Of a stretch of 58,341 bases of DNA, positions 50,042 through 58,241 are shown piece after piece. The translations under genes were made by a program, and so were the position numbers. The stretch lies in assembly GCA_026396255.1 (NCBI GenBank), contig JAPLXD010000006.1, positions 1 through 58,341 of the forward strand, read 5' to 3'. Each line of letters opens with the position of its first letter. Positions within the stretch are counted from its first letter, which is position 1. This DNA is from Candidatus Moraniibacteriota bacterium (lineage in GTDB: Bacteria; Patescibacteriota; Minisyncoccia; Moranbacterales; UBA11712). The notes beneath the pieces are model-generated. The model searched no databases. It was given only the letters and a program-made list of their open reading frames with translations, and had not been told where the DNA came from.

Positions 50042-53020
50042 ATGGATAAAATAATCATAAAAGGCGCCAGGGAGCACAACCTGAAGAACATCGACCTCGA
50101 ACTTCCGCGGGGGAAGTTTATTGTGTTCACGGGGATCAGCGGGTCAGGGAAATCGACTTTGGCTTTTGATACCATTTTTGCCGAAGGTCAACGTCGTTAT
50201 CTCGAAAGTCTTTCGAGCTATGCCCGGCAGTTTTTGGGTCAGATGGAAAAACCGGACGTTGATTCGATCGAGGGCTTGAGCCCGGCGATTTCCATTGACC
50301 AGAAAGCGTCGTCGCACAATCCGCGCTCGACGGTGGGGACGGTGACGGAAATTCATGACTACTTGCGGCTTCTCTATGCCAAAATTGGCCGGCCGCATTG
50401 TCCGGTTTGCGGAAAAGAAATTTCGAAACTGTCGATTGATGAGATTGTGGATCGGATTATCGATATGTGCGCGAGTTGCAAAAATCCCCCTCAATCCCCC
50501 TTTAAAAAAGGGGGAGGAGCGAGTTCTTCTCCTTTGAAAAAGGAGGGGTTAGGGGAGGATTTTAAAATTGAAATTCTTTCACCGGTGGTGCGGGAGCGAA
50601 AAGGCGACTATGCGACCTTGCTCGCGGAGATGTGGAAACGCGGATTTGCCGAAGCCTATGTGGACGGGAAAAAAGTGATTCTGGAGGAAGAAGCCAAAAA
50701 AGGCAAGATATTGGCGAGATACAAAAAACACAGCATTGATATTTTGATTGACACGGTGGAGGTAAACGACAAAAATATCAGCCGAATTTTTGAAAGCACG
50801 GAAAGCGCGCTCAAGCTTTCAAAAGGACTTGTTAAGATAAAATCCCAATTTCAAAATCCAAATGTCAAATCAAATCCAAAATCCAAAATCCAAAAAAGTG
50901 ATGAGTATAAAGAAGTTATTTATAATCAGAATTTAGCTTGCGCAGAGCACGAAGAAGCTATTTTTCCCGAGCTTGAGCCGCGGCTGTTTTCTTTCAACAG
51001 TCCGCAGGGGGCGTGTCCGGCTTGCGAAGGACTGGGGACAAAAAAAGAAATTGATCCCGGTCTCATCATTCCGGACAAAACCCGGACGATTGCCGAAGGG
51101 GCGATCATGCCTTGGAGCTACAAGCCGAACAACTATCAAGGCTCGATCTTGCGCGCGGTGACAAACTATTATCGCATACCGGACAATGTGCGTTTCCGGG
51201 ATCTCTCCGAGAAGCAGCAAAATATTCTGCTTCACGGCGATGAAGAGCCGGATGATATCGAAGTTCGCTTTCGGACCAAAACCGGGGCAGTTTGGAGATT
51301 TAATGTTGAGTGGAACGGGATTTTGGGTTTCATGCGCGACCGCTATTTCAAGACCGAATCCGAAAACGTGCGGCAGGACATCGAAAAATATATGTCACCG
51401 AGCAAATGTCCGGCCTGCAAAGGTTCACGGTATAAGCCGGAAGCATTGCTTATCACAGTGGGAAATAAAAATATTTCTGAAATTTCGGAGGTGAGCGTGA
51501 ATAAAACACTGAAATTTTTCGAGGGTATCAAATTAAACGAACGGGAAAAAATAATTGCGGACAAGATTTTGAAAGAAGTGAAAAATCGCCTGAAATTTTT
51601 GGAAGATGTGGGTTTGGGATATCTCACTCTGGCTCGTTCGGCGAATACGCTCGCGGGCGGAGAAACACAGAGAATTCGCCTGGCTTCTCAAATCGGCTCG
51701 CAACTGGTCGGAGTCCTCTATATTCTCGACGAGCCATCAGTCGGTCTTCACGCAAGAGATAATAAAAAATTGCTGGAAACATTGTTGAAATTGAGAGATA
51801 TCGGCAACACGGTGATTGTCATTGAACACGATGAAGAGACGATCCGAGCGGCCGATCATTTGGTGGATATCGGCCCCGGAGCCGGGCGTCTTGGCGGAGA
51901 AATCGTAGCCGAGGGGACGGTAAAAGATATTGAAAAAGAGAAAAAATCCATCACAGGAAAATATTTGCGGGGAGACTCAAAAATAGAAATTCCCAAATTT
52001 CGCCGTCCGGTTAAAAACAAAAAATGGCTCACCGTCAAAGGAGCGACAGAACACAATCTCAAAAGCATAACCGTTGAATTTCCTTTGAAAACATTGACTT
52101 GCGTGACAGGTGTTTCGGGGTCAGGGAAATCAACGCTAGTTGAAGATATTCTGGGAAAAGGTTTATCGGTGAAGATTATGAGAAGCCTTGAGCGGCCGGG
52201 CCGGCACAAAGAAATTCTTGGAACGCAATATGTGGACAAAGTGATCCACATCGACCAGTCTCCGATCGGGCGCACGCCGCGCTCGAACCCGGCAACTTAT
52301 GTCGGATTTTTCACACTGATCCGCGAACTTTTCGCGATGACGAAAGACGCGCGGGGGCACGGCTATGGCCCGGGACGTTTTTCTTTCAATGTGAATGGGG
52401 GACGGTGCGACAATTGTCGAGGAGAGGGATTTTTGAAAGTGGAAATGCAGTTTATGCCGGACGTTTTTTTGCCGTGCGATGTTTGCAAAGGAAAAAGATA
52501 CAACCGCGAAACGCTGGAAGTGAAGTATAAAGGCAAGAATATCGCCGATGTGCTCGCGATGACGGTTTCGGAGGGAAAAGAATTTTTTGAAAACTATCCG
52601 CGGATCTTCGAACCGCTGAAAGTCCTGGAAGAAGTGGGGCTGGGGTATATCAATCTTGGACAGGCGGCGACGACGCTTTCCGGCGGAGAAGCGCAGAGGA
52701 TCAAATTGGCGTCGGAACTTTCGCGGCGGATGACGGGGAACACTTTATATATTCTCGACGAGCCGACCACCGGGCTGCACTTCGATGATGTGAAAAAACT
52801 TTTGAACGTCCTGCATCGCCTGGTGGACGCGGGGAACACGGTGATTGTGATTGAGCACAATATGGATGTCATCAAAACCGCCGATTGGATCATCGACCTC
52901 GGTCCCGAAGGGGGAGACCTCGGCGGCCGCGTGATTGTCACCGGTCCGCCGGAAGAAGTGGTGAAATATCATCAGGAAAGCTATACGGGGAAGTTTTTGA
53001 GGGAAGTGTTGAAAAAATGA
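50042..53020 (+). CDS. uvrA: excinuclease ABC subunit A
   Basis: Starts MDKIIIKGAREHNLKNI. Two ABC modules (GISGSGKST, GVSGSGKST, LSGGE x2). The ORF-track TTG 50030 lies inside the repeat. Confidence 0.95.
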   Translation: MDKIIIKGAREHNLKNIDLELPRGKFIVFTGISGSGKSTLAFDTIFAEGQRRYLESLSSYARQFLGQMEKPDVDSIEGLSPAISIDQKASSHNPRSTVGTVTEIHDYLRLLYAKIGRPHCPVCGKEISKLSIDEIVDRIIDMCASCKNPPQSPFKKGGGASSSPLKKEGLGEDFKIEILSPVVRERKGDYATLLAEMWKRGFAEAYVDGKKVILEEEAKKGKILARYKKHSIDILIDTVEVNDKNISRIFESTESALKLSKGLVKIKSQFQNPNVKSNPKSKIQKSDEYKEVIYNQNLACAEHEEAIFPELEPRLFSFNSPQGACPACEGLGTKKEIDPGLIIPDKTRTIAEGAIMPWSYKPNNYQGSILRAVTNYYRIPDNVRFRDLSEKQQNILLHGDEEPDDIEVRFRTKTGAVWRFNVEWNGILGFMRDRYFKTESENVRQDIEKYMSPSKCPACKGSRYKPEALLITVGNKNISEISEVSVNKTLKFFEGIKLNEREKIIADKILKEVKNRLKFLEDVGLGYLTLARSANTLAGGETQRIRLASQIGSQLVGVLYILDEPSVGLHARDNKKLLETLLKLRDIGNTVIVIEHDEETIRAADHLVDIGPGAGRLGGEIVAEGTVKDIEKEKKSITGKYLRGDSKIEIPKFRRPVKNKKWLTVKGATEHNLKSITVEFPLKTLTCVTGVSGSGKSTLVEDILGKGLSVKIMRSLERPGRHKEILGTQYVDKVIHIDQSPIGRTPRSNPATYVGFFTLIRELFAMTKDARGHGYGPGRFSFNVNGGRCDNCRGEGFLKVEMQFMPDVFLPCDVCKGKRYNRETLEVKYKGKNIADVLAMTVSEGKEFFENYPRIFEPLKVLEEVGLGYINLGQAATTLSGGEAQRIKLASELSRRMTGNTLYILDEPTTGLHFDDVKKLLNVLHRLVDAGNTVIVIEHNMDVIKTADWIIDLGPEGGDLGGRVIVTGPPEEVVKYHQESYTGKFLREVLKK
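50481..50563. repeat. 83-bp composite hairpin element in frame in uvrA
   Basis: Outer inverted repeat AAAATCC/GGATTTT, with inner hairpins TCCCCCTTT-AAA-AAAGGGGGA and CTCCTTT-GAA-AAAGGAG. Translated as NPPQSPFKKGGGASSSPLKKEGLGEDF. Confidence 0.85.
50854..50892 (+). repeat. AAATCCA heptanucleotide tract in frame in uvrA
   Basis: Three perfect tandem copies lie at 50872-50892, preceded by degenerate copies. Translated as QNPNVKSNPKSKIQK. Confidence 0.85.
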
Positions 53021-53023
53021 TTT

Positions 53024-54307
53024 ATGAATTACGATTTAAGAATTAAGAATAAAATATTCAACCTTCCCAAATCTCCCGGCGTGTACGAATTTCGTGATAA
53101 ACAAGGGAAAATTCTTTATATCGGGAAAGCGACATCGCTCAAGGATCGGGTAGGGAGTTATTTTCGCTCCCAAAGTTCAACTTTAGGAGCGCCTAAAGTT
53201 GAACTTTTAGTGTCCCAAATCGCCGACATCAAAATTCATGAAACGGATTCGGTGCTGGAAGCTTTGATCTTGGAATCCAATCTCATCAAAAAGCACCAGC
53301 CGAAATATAATGTGATGGCGAAAGACGACAAGAGTTTCGGCTATTTCGTGATCACCCGCGCACCAAAGCACAGCTTGGTGCGGGGCAAGGCTTCAGAAGA
53401 ATTTCCGCGAGTTGTTATTCTGAGAAAAACAAACTTAGGAACTGTATCGGCAAAAAGAATTTATGGTCCGTATTTATCAAAGCGACAGATGGAGATCGCA
53501 TTAAAAATAATTCGTAAAATATTTCCCTTTCACTCCATCAAAGCCAAAACGGAAAAGGGTTGTCTTGATTTCCAGATCGGGCGGTGTCCGGGACCGTACG
53601 CGGATGCGATCAGCAAAAAAGACTATCTTAAAAATATCCACGGGATAGAGATGATTTTACAGGGGAAAAAGAAAGGCTTGCTCACCGAGCTCAAAAAACA
53701 GATGAGAACATATTCAAAGAATAGCGAATTTGAAAAGGCGGCCGAAGCGCGGAATCGGATCTTCGCGCTTGAGCATATTCGGGACGTGGCGTTGATATCA
53801 AAAGATATGGCTGGAGATTCGATCTCCACAAGGGAGATCGAATCTCCATTACGTATCGAAGCGTATGATATTTCAAACATCGGCGGAGATTTTGCCGTAG
53901 GCTCCATGGCAGTCTTTAAAAACAACCATCCGAACAAGAGCCAGTACCGGAAATTCAAGATAAAAAACGTGTCCGGAGTTGATGATGTGGCAATGATGCG
54001 CGAAATGCTGCGACGGCGTTTCCAAAACGATTGGCCTTTGCCGGATATCATTTTTGTCGATGGGGGAAAGGGACATCTCAATATGGCGGAGAATGTCGTC
54101 AGCGAGTTCGGCCATAATATCCCCGTTGTCGGCGTCGCCAAAGGGCCGACGCGCAAAAAACTGGATATGTATCACGGCAAAGAAGCTTTGATTTTCCAAA
54201 ACATCATCAGCGATGAAAAATTGGTCGAAAGAATTCGCAACGAAGCCCACCGCTTTGCGATCAGCTATCACAAGAAACTACGGAGAAAAAATTGGAAAGA
54301 CAAATAA
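53024..54307 (+). CDS. uvrC: excinuclease ABC subunit C, short form lacking the C-terminal (HhH)2 domain
   Basis: GIY-YIG (GVYEFRDKQGKILYIGKA), UVR (EFEKAAEARNRIFALEHI), and endonuclease-domain block IEAYDISNIGG. 427 aa. Confidence 0.85.
   Translation: MNYDLRIKNKIFNLPKSPGVYEFRDKQGKILYIGKATSLKDRVGSYFRSQSSTLGAPKVELLVSQIADIKIHETDSVLEALILESNLIKKHQPKYNVMAKDDKSFGYFVITRAPKHSLVRGKASEEFPRVVILRKTNLGTVSAKRIYGPYLSKRQMEIALKIIRKIFPFHSIKAKTEKGCLDFQIGRCPGPYADAISKKDYLKNIHGIEMILQGKKKGLLTELKKQMRTYSKNSEFEKAAEARNRIFALEHIRDVALISKDMAGDSISTREIESPLRIEAYDISNIGGDFAVGSMAVFKNNHPNKSQYRKFKIKNVSGVDDVAMMREMLRRRFQNDWPLPDIIFVDGGKGHLNMAENVVSEFGHNIPVVGVAKGPTRKKLDMYHGKEALIFQNIISDEKLVERIRNEAHRFAISYHKKLRRKNWKDK
53172..53207. repeat. 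36-bp palindrome in frame in uvrC
   Basis: AAAGTTCAACTTTAGG-agcg-CCTAAAGTTGAACTTT. Confidence 0.9.
53355..53385. repeat. miniature CCCGCGCACCAA/TTGGTGCGGGG inverted repeat in frame in uvrC
   Basis: It shares the right arm plus flank TTGGTGCGGGGCAAG with the intergenic CCCCGCACC elements. Confidence 0.7.
53813..53847. repeat. twin-palindrome element in frame in uvrC
   Basis: GGAGATTCGATCTCC-acaag-GGAGATCGAATCTCC. Translated as GDSISTREIESP. Confidence 0.9.
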
Positions 54308-54327
54308 CAGCCATATAAATAAAAACA

Positions 54328-54357
54328 AAACCTCTCAAAGCCTTTCGGGAGGTTTTT
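54328..54357. terminator. bidirectional terminator between uvrC and the DUF378 gene
   Basis: AAACCTC-N14-GAGGTTT, flanked by an A-run and a T-run. Confidence 0.65.
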
Positions 54358-54391
54358 AAAATTGATATTTATTTTTTATTCTTTTGTTTTC

Positions 54392-54607
54392 CTATTCGCC
54401 TTTGTCACCGGCCATCGAAAACTTCCAGAAAACCATGTAGAGAGCGGAGAGTCCAACAAGGGCATAGATCACTCTCGTCAGTCCGGACATGGCGCCGAAA
54501 ATGGCCGCGACCAGATTATAGTTGAAAAATCCGATCAAGCCCCAATTCAAACCGCCGATGATCACGAGGATCACTGCAATCCAGCTCACGGGATTCATTT
54601 TCTTCAT
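54392..54607 (-). CDS. DUF378-family small membrane protein
   Basis: IGGLNWGLIGFFNYNLVAAIFG..RVIYALVGLSA, with a GGGAGGTG RBS. Confidence 0.75.
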   Translation of the reverse strand: MKKMNPVSWIAVILVIIGGLNWGLIGFFNYNLVAAIFGAMSGLTRVIYALVGLSALYMVFWKFSMAGDKGE

Positions 54608-54682
54608 TTCTATTTCACCTCCCTTCTTTGCGCATATACTAGCATAAAAAAAGCACCCATGTAAGGGCGCTTTTTTCAGAAA

Positions 54683-54805
54683 CTATTCTTTATCCGGGCC
54701 GCAGGGATGGCCGCAGTGGGAGCAACCACAGTGGGACTCTTTTTCGTCCGAACCGCACTTGCAGTTTTCCATCGGCTGACCGCAGCCGGGGCATTTCTCG
54801 TCCAT
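54683..54805 (-). CDS. 40-aa Cys/His-rich peptide (metallothionein-like)
   Basis: MDEKCPGCGQPMENCKCGSDEKESHCGCSHCGHPCGPDKE* has 9 Cys and 3 His. GC-rich relative to its flanks. No clear SD sequence. Below the ORF-track cut-off. Confidence 0.4.
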   Translation of the reverse strand: MDEKCPGCGQPMENCKCGSDEKESHCGCSHCGHPCGPDKE

Positions 54806-54866
54806 ATAAAATTATTTAATTCTTAAGCGCAACAGCTATTACGAATTTTTTTATTTCGTCTTTCAA

Positions 54867-55064
54867 CTATATCCCCAGTGTTGAATTCAGGGTTTTCAGG
54901 AAGTAAGGGATCACAAAAGCCAGAGCGATGAGCGGCAAGACAAACAACACAACCGTGCCAACCATCGTCCAAAAAAACAGACTCCAGGTTTTTTGAGCCA
55001 AAACACGGGTTTCTTCAACTTTTTGTTCCAGTCGATTTAATTTTTCAAGAAGATCTTGATCCAT
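54867..55064 (-). CDS. small hypothetical protein with C-terminal TM hairpin
   Basis: N-terminal coiled segment followed by WSLFFWTMVGTVVLFVLPLIALAFVIPYF. Confidence 0.5.
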   Translation of the reverse strand: MDQDLLEKLNRLEQKVEETRVLAQKTWSLFFWTMVGTVVLFVLPLIALAFVIPYFLKTLNSTLGI

Positions 55065-55161
55065 ATATTTTTAATTTATTTACGATACGTGTGCAAATTA
55101 TAGCATTTTCTGATATAATGGGACAAATTTACTCTAAAAATAAAAATTAAGCCAAAACAAA

Positions 55162-56001
55162 ATGCAAATGACAAAAACAAAAATTATCGTCGGCCTTCTT
55201 GTGCTGTCTTTCTGTCTTCCAGTTTTTGCGTCTTCCGAAAATAAATTGGGTTTTGGCAACAGTGTTCGGCCGGTGGTGGGAGTACTGGGCGGGAAAAGCA
55301 AAAAATATAGCGTCCCGCTCAATAATTCGACATATCAAGCTCTTTTCAATCTGCCGAACTATACTTGTAGCCAGTATGGCTATACGGACGCGACCCTCGG
55401 AGCCTGCCACAATTTTTTGAACTATGACCGGCCTGACCAGAAAGTGGCAATGCAGCCGCTCGTCGATTGGATCAAGAAAAAAATAAAAAAATCCGACGAC
55501 CAGATGCGGGTGGCGGCGAGCATCGTCCAAAACATGGAGTATGATTACGACAAATACTACAATAATAATATCGAAACCAACGGCCGTGGGCACGGGTCTC
55601 GTTATCCCTATGAAACACTTTATGAAAACAAAGGAATCTGCGGGGAAAAGGCAAATGTTATTGTATATCTGCTCAAGCAATTCGGCTACGGAACGGCCGA
55701 AATCACTTTCATTTCGCCCGGGCTTCACGAAGTGGCGGGAGTGAAATGCGCCGACGCATATGATTTTCAAAACACGGGCTATTGTTTCATCGATCCGGTC
55801 GCGAGACATATGATCACCTTCGCCGGATCATATGCAAACAGTACGCCTTATCTCGTCACTCCGATTTCGGACGGAAAAACTTTCGATGCGGGAAGTGATT
55901 TCCAGGATTCGCAAAACTGGTGGAAAGTGTTGTTGGAAGGGACAGGAAACAAGGCAAATTACAAGCTTTATAAAAAATTGGTGAAGAAATACGGGATGTA
56001 A
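55162..56001 (+). CDS. secreted transglutaminase-like cysteine-protease-fold protein
   Basis: Signal peptide, then a Cys..His..Asp arrangement: GICGEKANVIVYLLKQFG, GLHEVAGV, CFIDP. Confidence 0.5.
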   Translation: MQMTKTKIIVGLLVLSFCLPVFASSENKLGFGNSVRPVVGVLGGKSKKYSVPLNNSTYQALFNLPNYTCSQYGYTDATLGACHNFLNYDRPDQKVAMQPLVDWIKKKIKKSDDQMRVAASIVQNMEYDYDKYYNNNIETNGRGHGSRYPYETLYENKGICGEKANVIVYLLKQFGYGTAEITFISPGLHEVAGVKCADAYDFQNTGYCFIDPVARHMITFAGSYANSTPYLVTPISDGKTFDAGSDFQDSQNWWKVLLEGTGNKANYKLYKKLVKKYGM

Positions 56002-56167
56002 AAATAGTATTTGGTATTTTGTATAAAGTATTAAGTATTTTTTTGTGTCTAAAACAATTATCGAAAATATAAAAAGGCCTAAAAAAGCCCTAAAAACTGT
56101 TGCTCGGGTAGGGATTCGAACGTCTCCGCCCGGGGCGGACAGGCGCCGGCCGCTGTTCAAAACAATG

Positions 56168-56239
56168 CTGGGGCGGTAGGATTCGAACCCACGAATGGGG
56201 GCTTCAAAGGCCCCTGCCTTACCACTTGGCGACGCCCCA
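56168..56239 (-). tRNA. tRNA-Gln (anticodon UUG)
   Basis: The minus strand reads TGGGGCGTCGCCAAGTGGTAAGGCAGGGGCCTTTGAAGCCCCCATTCGTGGGTTCGAATCCTACCGCCCCAG. It folds as a cloverleaf with the U1:A72 pair typical of bacterial tRNA-Gln. CCA is not encoded. Confidence 0.9.
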
Positions 56240-56247
56240 ATGATTCC

Positions 56248-57846
56248 TCATACTATTTTTCCTCCGAAGATATCCACCGCCTCTTGCATCAGGCTTTTTT
56301 TCTCTTTGAAATTAGGATACTCCTCGGAAAGTTCTTTTTCGGTGACAGGCTTCAGTTTCAAGACAACGCCCGTTATCTTATCAATCGCTTTCTCGATTGT
56401 CAATCGGTTGGTCATTTCAACAAGCTTTTCTTTATAAAAATCGTATTTCGTCTTGAGAATGAGGTAATTTCCGTCAATGAGCGCGGGGCTCGACATCTTG
56501 AGAACGGAGGAAAGAGAATGGTTGTAGCTTTTGAGCGATTCGATGATTTCGGACCAATTGGAGGTGATGAGGTCGATATCGGCAGATGTATTTTTGCTTG
56601 CTGATTTATTTTTTTCGGCTGCAGGCGGAATATTTTGGACTTGGCTATCTTTGGACATCCGATGTCCAAAAACATCGCTTGAAGCATTTTTTTGAACGAT
56701 TTCTTTTTTTACTGGAGGATCATCTTTCACGGGTATTATGGACATCGGATGTCCTGATTGTTTGGCGGCAAGTTTCGCAATGCTGACTTCAAGAAAAAGC
56801 TGAGGGATTGGGCTGGATTTGAATTTTTCCGTATTTTCTTGGAGGATATTGATAAAATTCAGAATTTCTTCGGTTTCGATGTTTGTGATTTGCTTTTTGA
56901 TCTGCTCGAGGCGTTCTTTGGTGATTTCATAGGAAAGTTTTTGGCCGAGGTCGGGGTTTATTTTCAAAACCAGCATTTGGCGCAGATAGTTCAGCAAAGA
57001 TTTCGCAAAATTTTTGAAATCGATTCCCATTTCCCGCAGCTCGCCGATTTTCGCAAATACCTCGGCGTATTTTTTTTGGATCGCAAGATCGACAAACTCG
57101 GCCGTGAATTTTTCCGAAACGGTTCCCAAAATGAATTCCACTTCTTTGACGGTTATTTTTTTGTCTTCAAGGGCAATGACTTGACCGAGCAGGCTTTCGG
57201 CATTGCGCATTCCGCCTTCTGAAGAAGAGGCGATGATCTCGAGCGCCTCGCGGTCGACTTTCACTTTTTCGAGCTTGGCGATTTCTTCGAGGCGGTTGAT
57301 GATTTCTTCAATCGTGAGACGGGTGAAATCAAAACGCTGGACGCGGGACAAAATCGTCTCCGGAATTTTGTGAACCTCGGTTGTGGCCAAAATGAAAACG
57401 ACATTCGTGGGCGGTTCTTCGAGGGTCTTTAGTAGAGCATTAAATGCACCACCCGAGAGCATATGAACTTCGTCGATGATATAGACCTTGTATTTAAGGG
57501 ATGAAGGTGGCAATTTGACTGTTTCGCGCAGTTCGCGGATATTGTCCACGCCCGTGTTGGAAGCCGCGTCGATCTCGATGATATCTAGCGCGCGATTGTC
57601 GAGAATATTCTGGCACGAATCGCATTTGAGGCAGGGCTCGCCGTTTTTGAGATGCTGACAATTGATCGTCTTCGCAAAAATCCTCGCAATCGAAGTTTTT
57701 CCCGTCCCGCGGGGTCCGGCAAAAAGATAGGCTTGCCCAATCCGCCCCGTTTTCACGGCGTTTTTGAGCGTCTGGACAACGTGCTTTTGTCCGATCAATT
57801 CGGAAAAAGTGACTGGACGATATTTTCGATAGAGAGTGGTGCTCAT
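56248..57846 (-). CDS. dnaX: DNA polymerase III gamma/tau subunit
   Basis: GPRGTGKTS, a zinc module CQHLKNGEPCLKCDSC, DEVHML and SRVQRF. Confidence 0.92.
   Translation of the reverse strand: MSTTLYRKYRPVTFSELIGQKHVVQTLKNAVKTGRIGQAYLFAGPRGTGKTSIARIFAKTINCQHLKNGEPCLKCDSCQNILDNRALDIIEIDAASNTGVDNIRELRETVKLPPSSLKYKVYIIDEVHMLSGGAFNALLKTLEEPPTNVVFILATTEVHKIPETILSRVQRFDFTRLTIEEIINRLEEIAKLEKVKVDREALEIIASSSEGGMRNAESLLGQVIALEDKKITVKEVEFILGTVSEKFTAEFVDLAIQKKYAEVFAKIGELREMGIDFKNFAKSLLNYLRQMLVLKINPDLGQKLSYEITKERLEQIKKQITNIETEEILNFINILQENTEKFKSSPIPQLFLEVSIAKLAAKQSGHPMSIIPVKDDPPVKKEIVQKNASSDVFGHRMSKDSQVQNIPPAAEKNKSASKNTSADIDLITSNWSEIIESLKSYNHSLSSVLKMSSPALIDGNYLILKTKYDFYKEKLVEMTNRLTIEKAIDKITGVVLKLKPVTEKELSEEYPNFKEKKSLMQEAVDIFGGKIV
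56651..56754. repeat. pair of GGACATC(C/G)GATGTCC palindromes bracketing ~70 bp in the dnaX linker region
   Basis: TTGGACATCCGATGTCCAA at 56651-56669 and GGACATCGGATGTCC at 56740-56754 are reverse complements of each other. Confidence 0.8.
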
Positions 57847-57854
57847 ACTTGGTT

Positions 57855-57883
57855 ATTATAGAGAATTGGGGTTGGGAAATCAA
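57855..57883 (-). promoter_or_regulatory. sigma70-like promoter ending 8 nt before the dnaX ATG
   Basis: The minus strand reads TTGATT-N17-TATAAT, then AACCAAGT-ATG. Confidence 0.5.
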
Positions 57884-58241
57884 ATACTTGACAGTATTTG
57901 ATGAAGTGATAGTATAAGACTGAAGATTGAAGGGGAAGAAAAAAGCAATTGCGATTCCCAATGCTAGCAAAAGGGAAGAGTTCAAACCGCAGTGGTGCAA
58001 AAGCCGGCAAGCGTTGCCATTTGCGGGGTTGTGGGAACAGCTTGGAGAAATTTGCCGATTTCTCGGAAAGCTGAAGCGTATGCTTTCTGGAGCTGATTCC
58101 CGAGTACTGCCTAATACAGGTAGGAAACTGGCTGATCGATACACCAATCAACAGCCAAAACTAAACTTGCCATCAATCTTCTTCAAAAAGGGGCGATCCA
58201 CTTGAAGTGTACCCTCTGAAGTAGACACAAGTAAAAAAGGT

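Noticed and set aside
57847-58207. An SRP (4.5S/scRNA) gene upstream of dnaX, expected from Bacillus-type synteny.
   Set aside because: I could not find the conserved domain IV motif (..GGUCCGGAAGGAAGCAGCC..-like, GNAR tetraloop with flanking symmetric and asymmetric loops) on either strand. It needs an Infernal scan to be certain.
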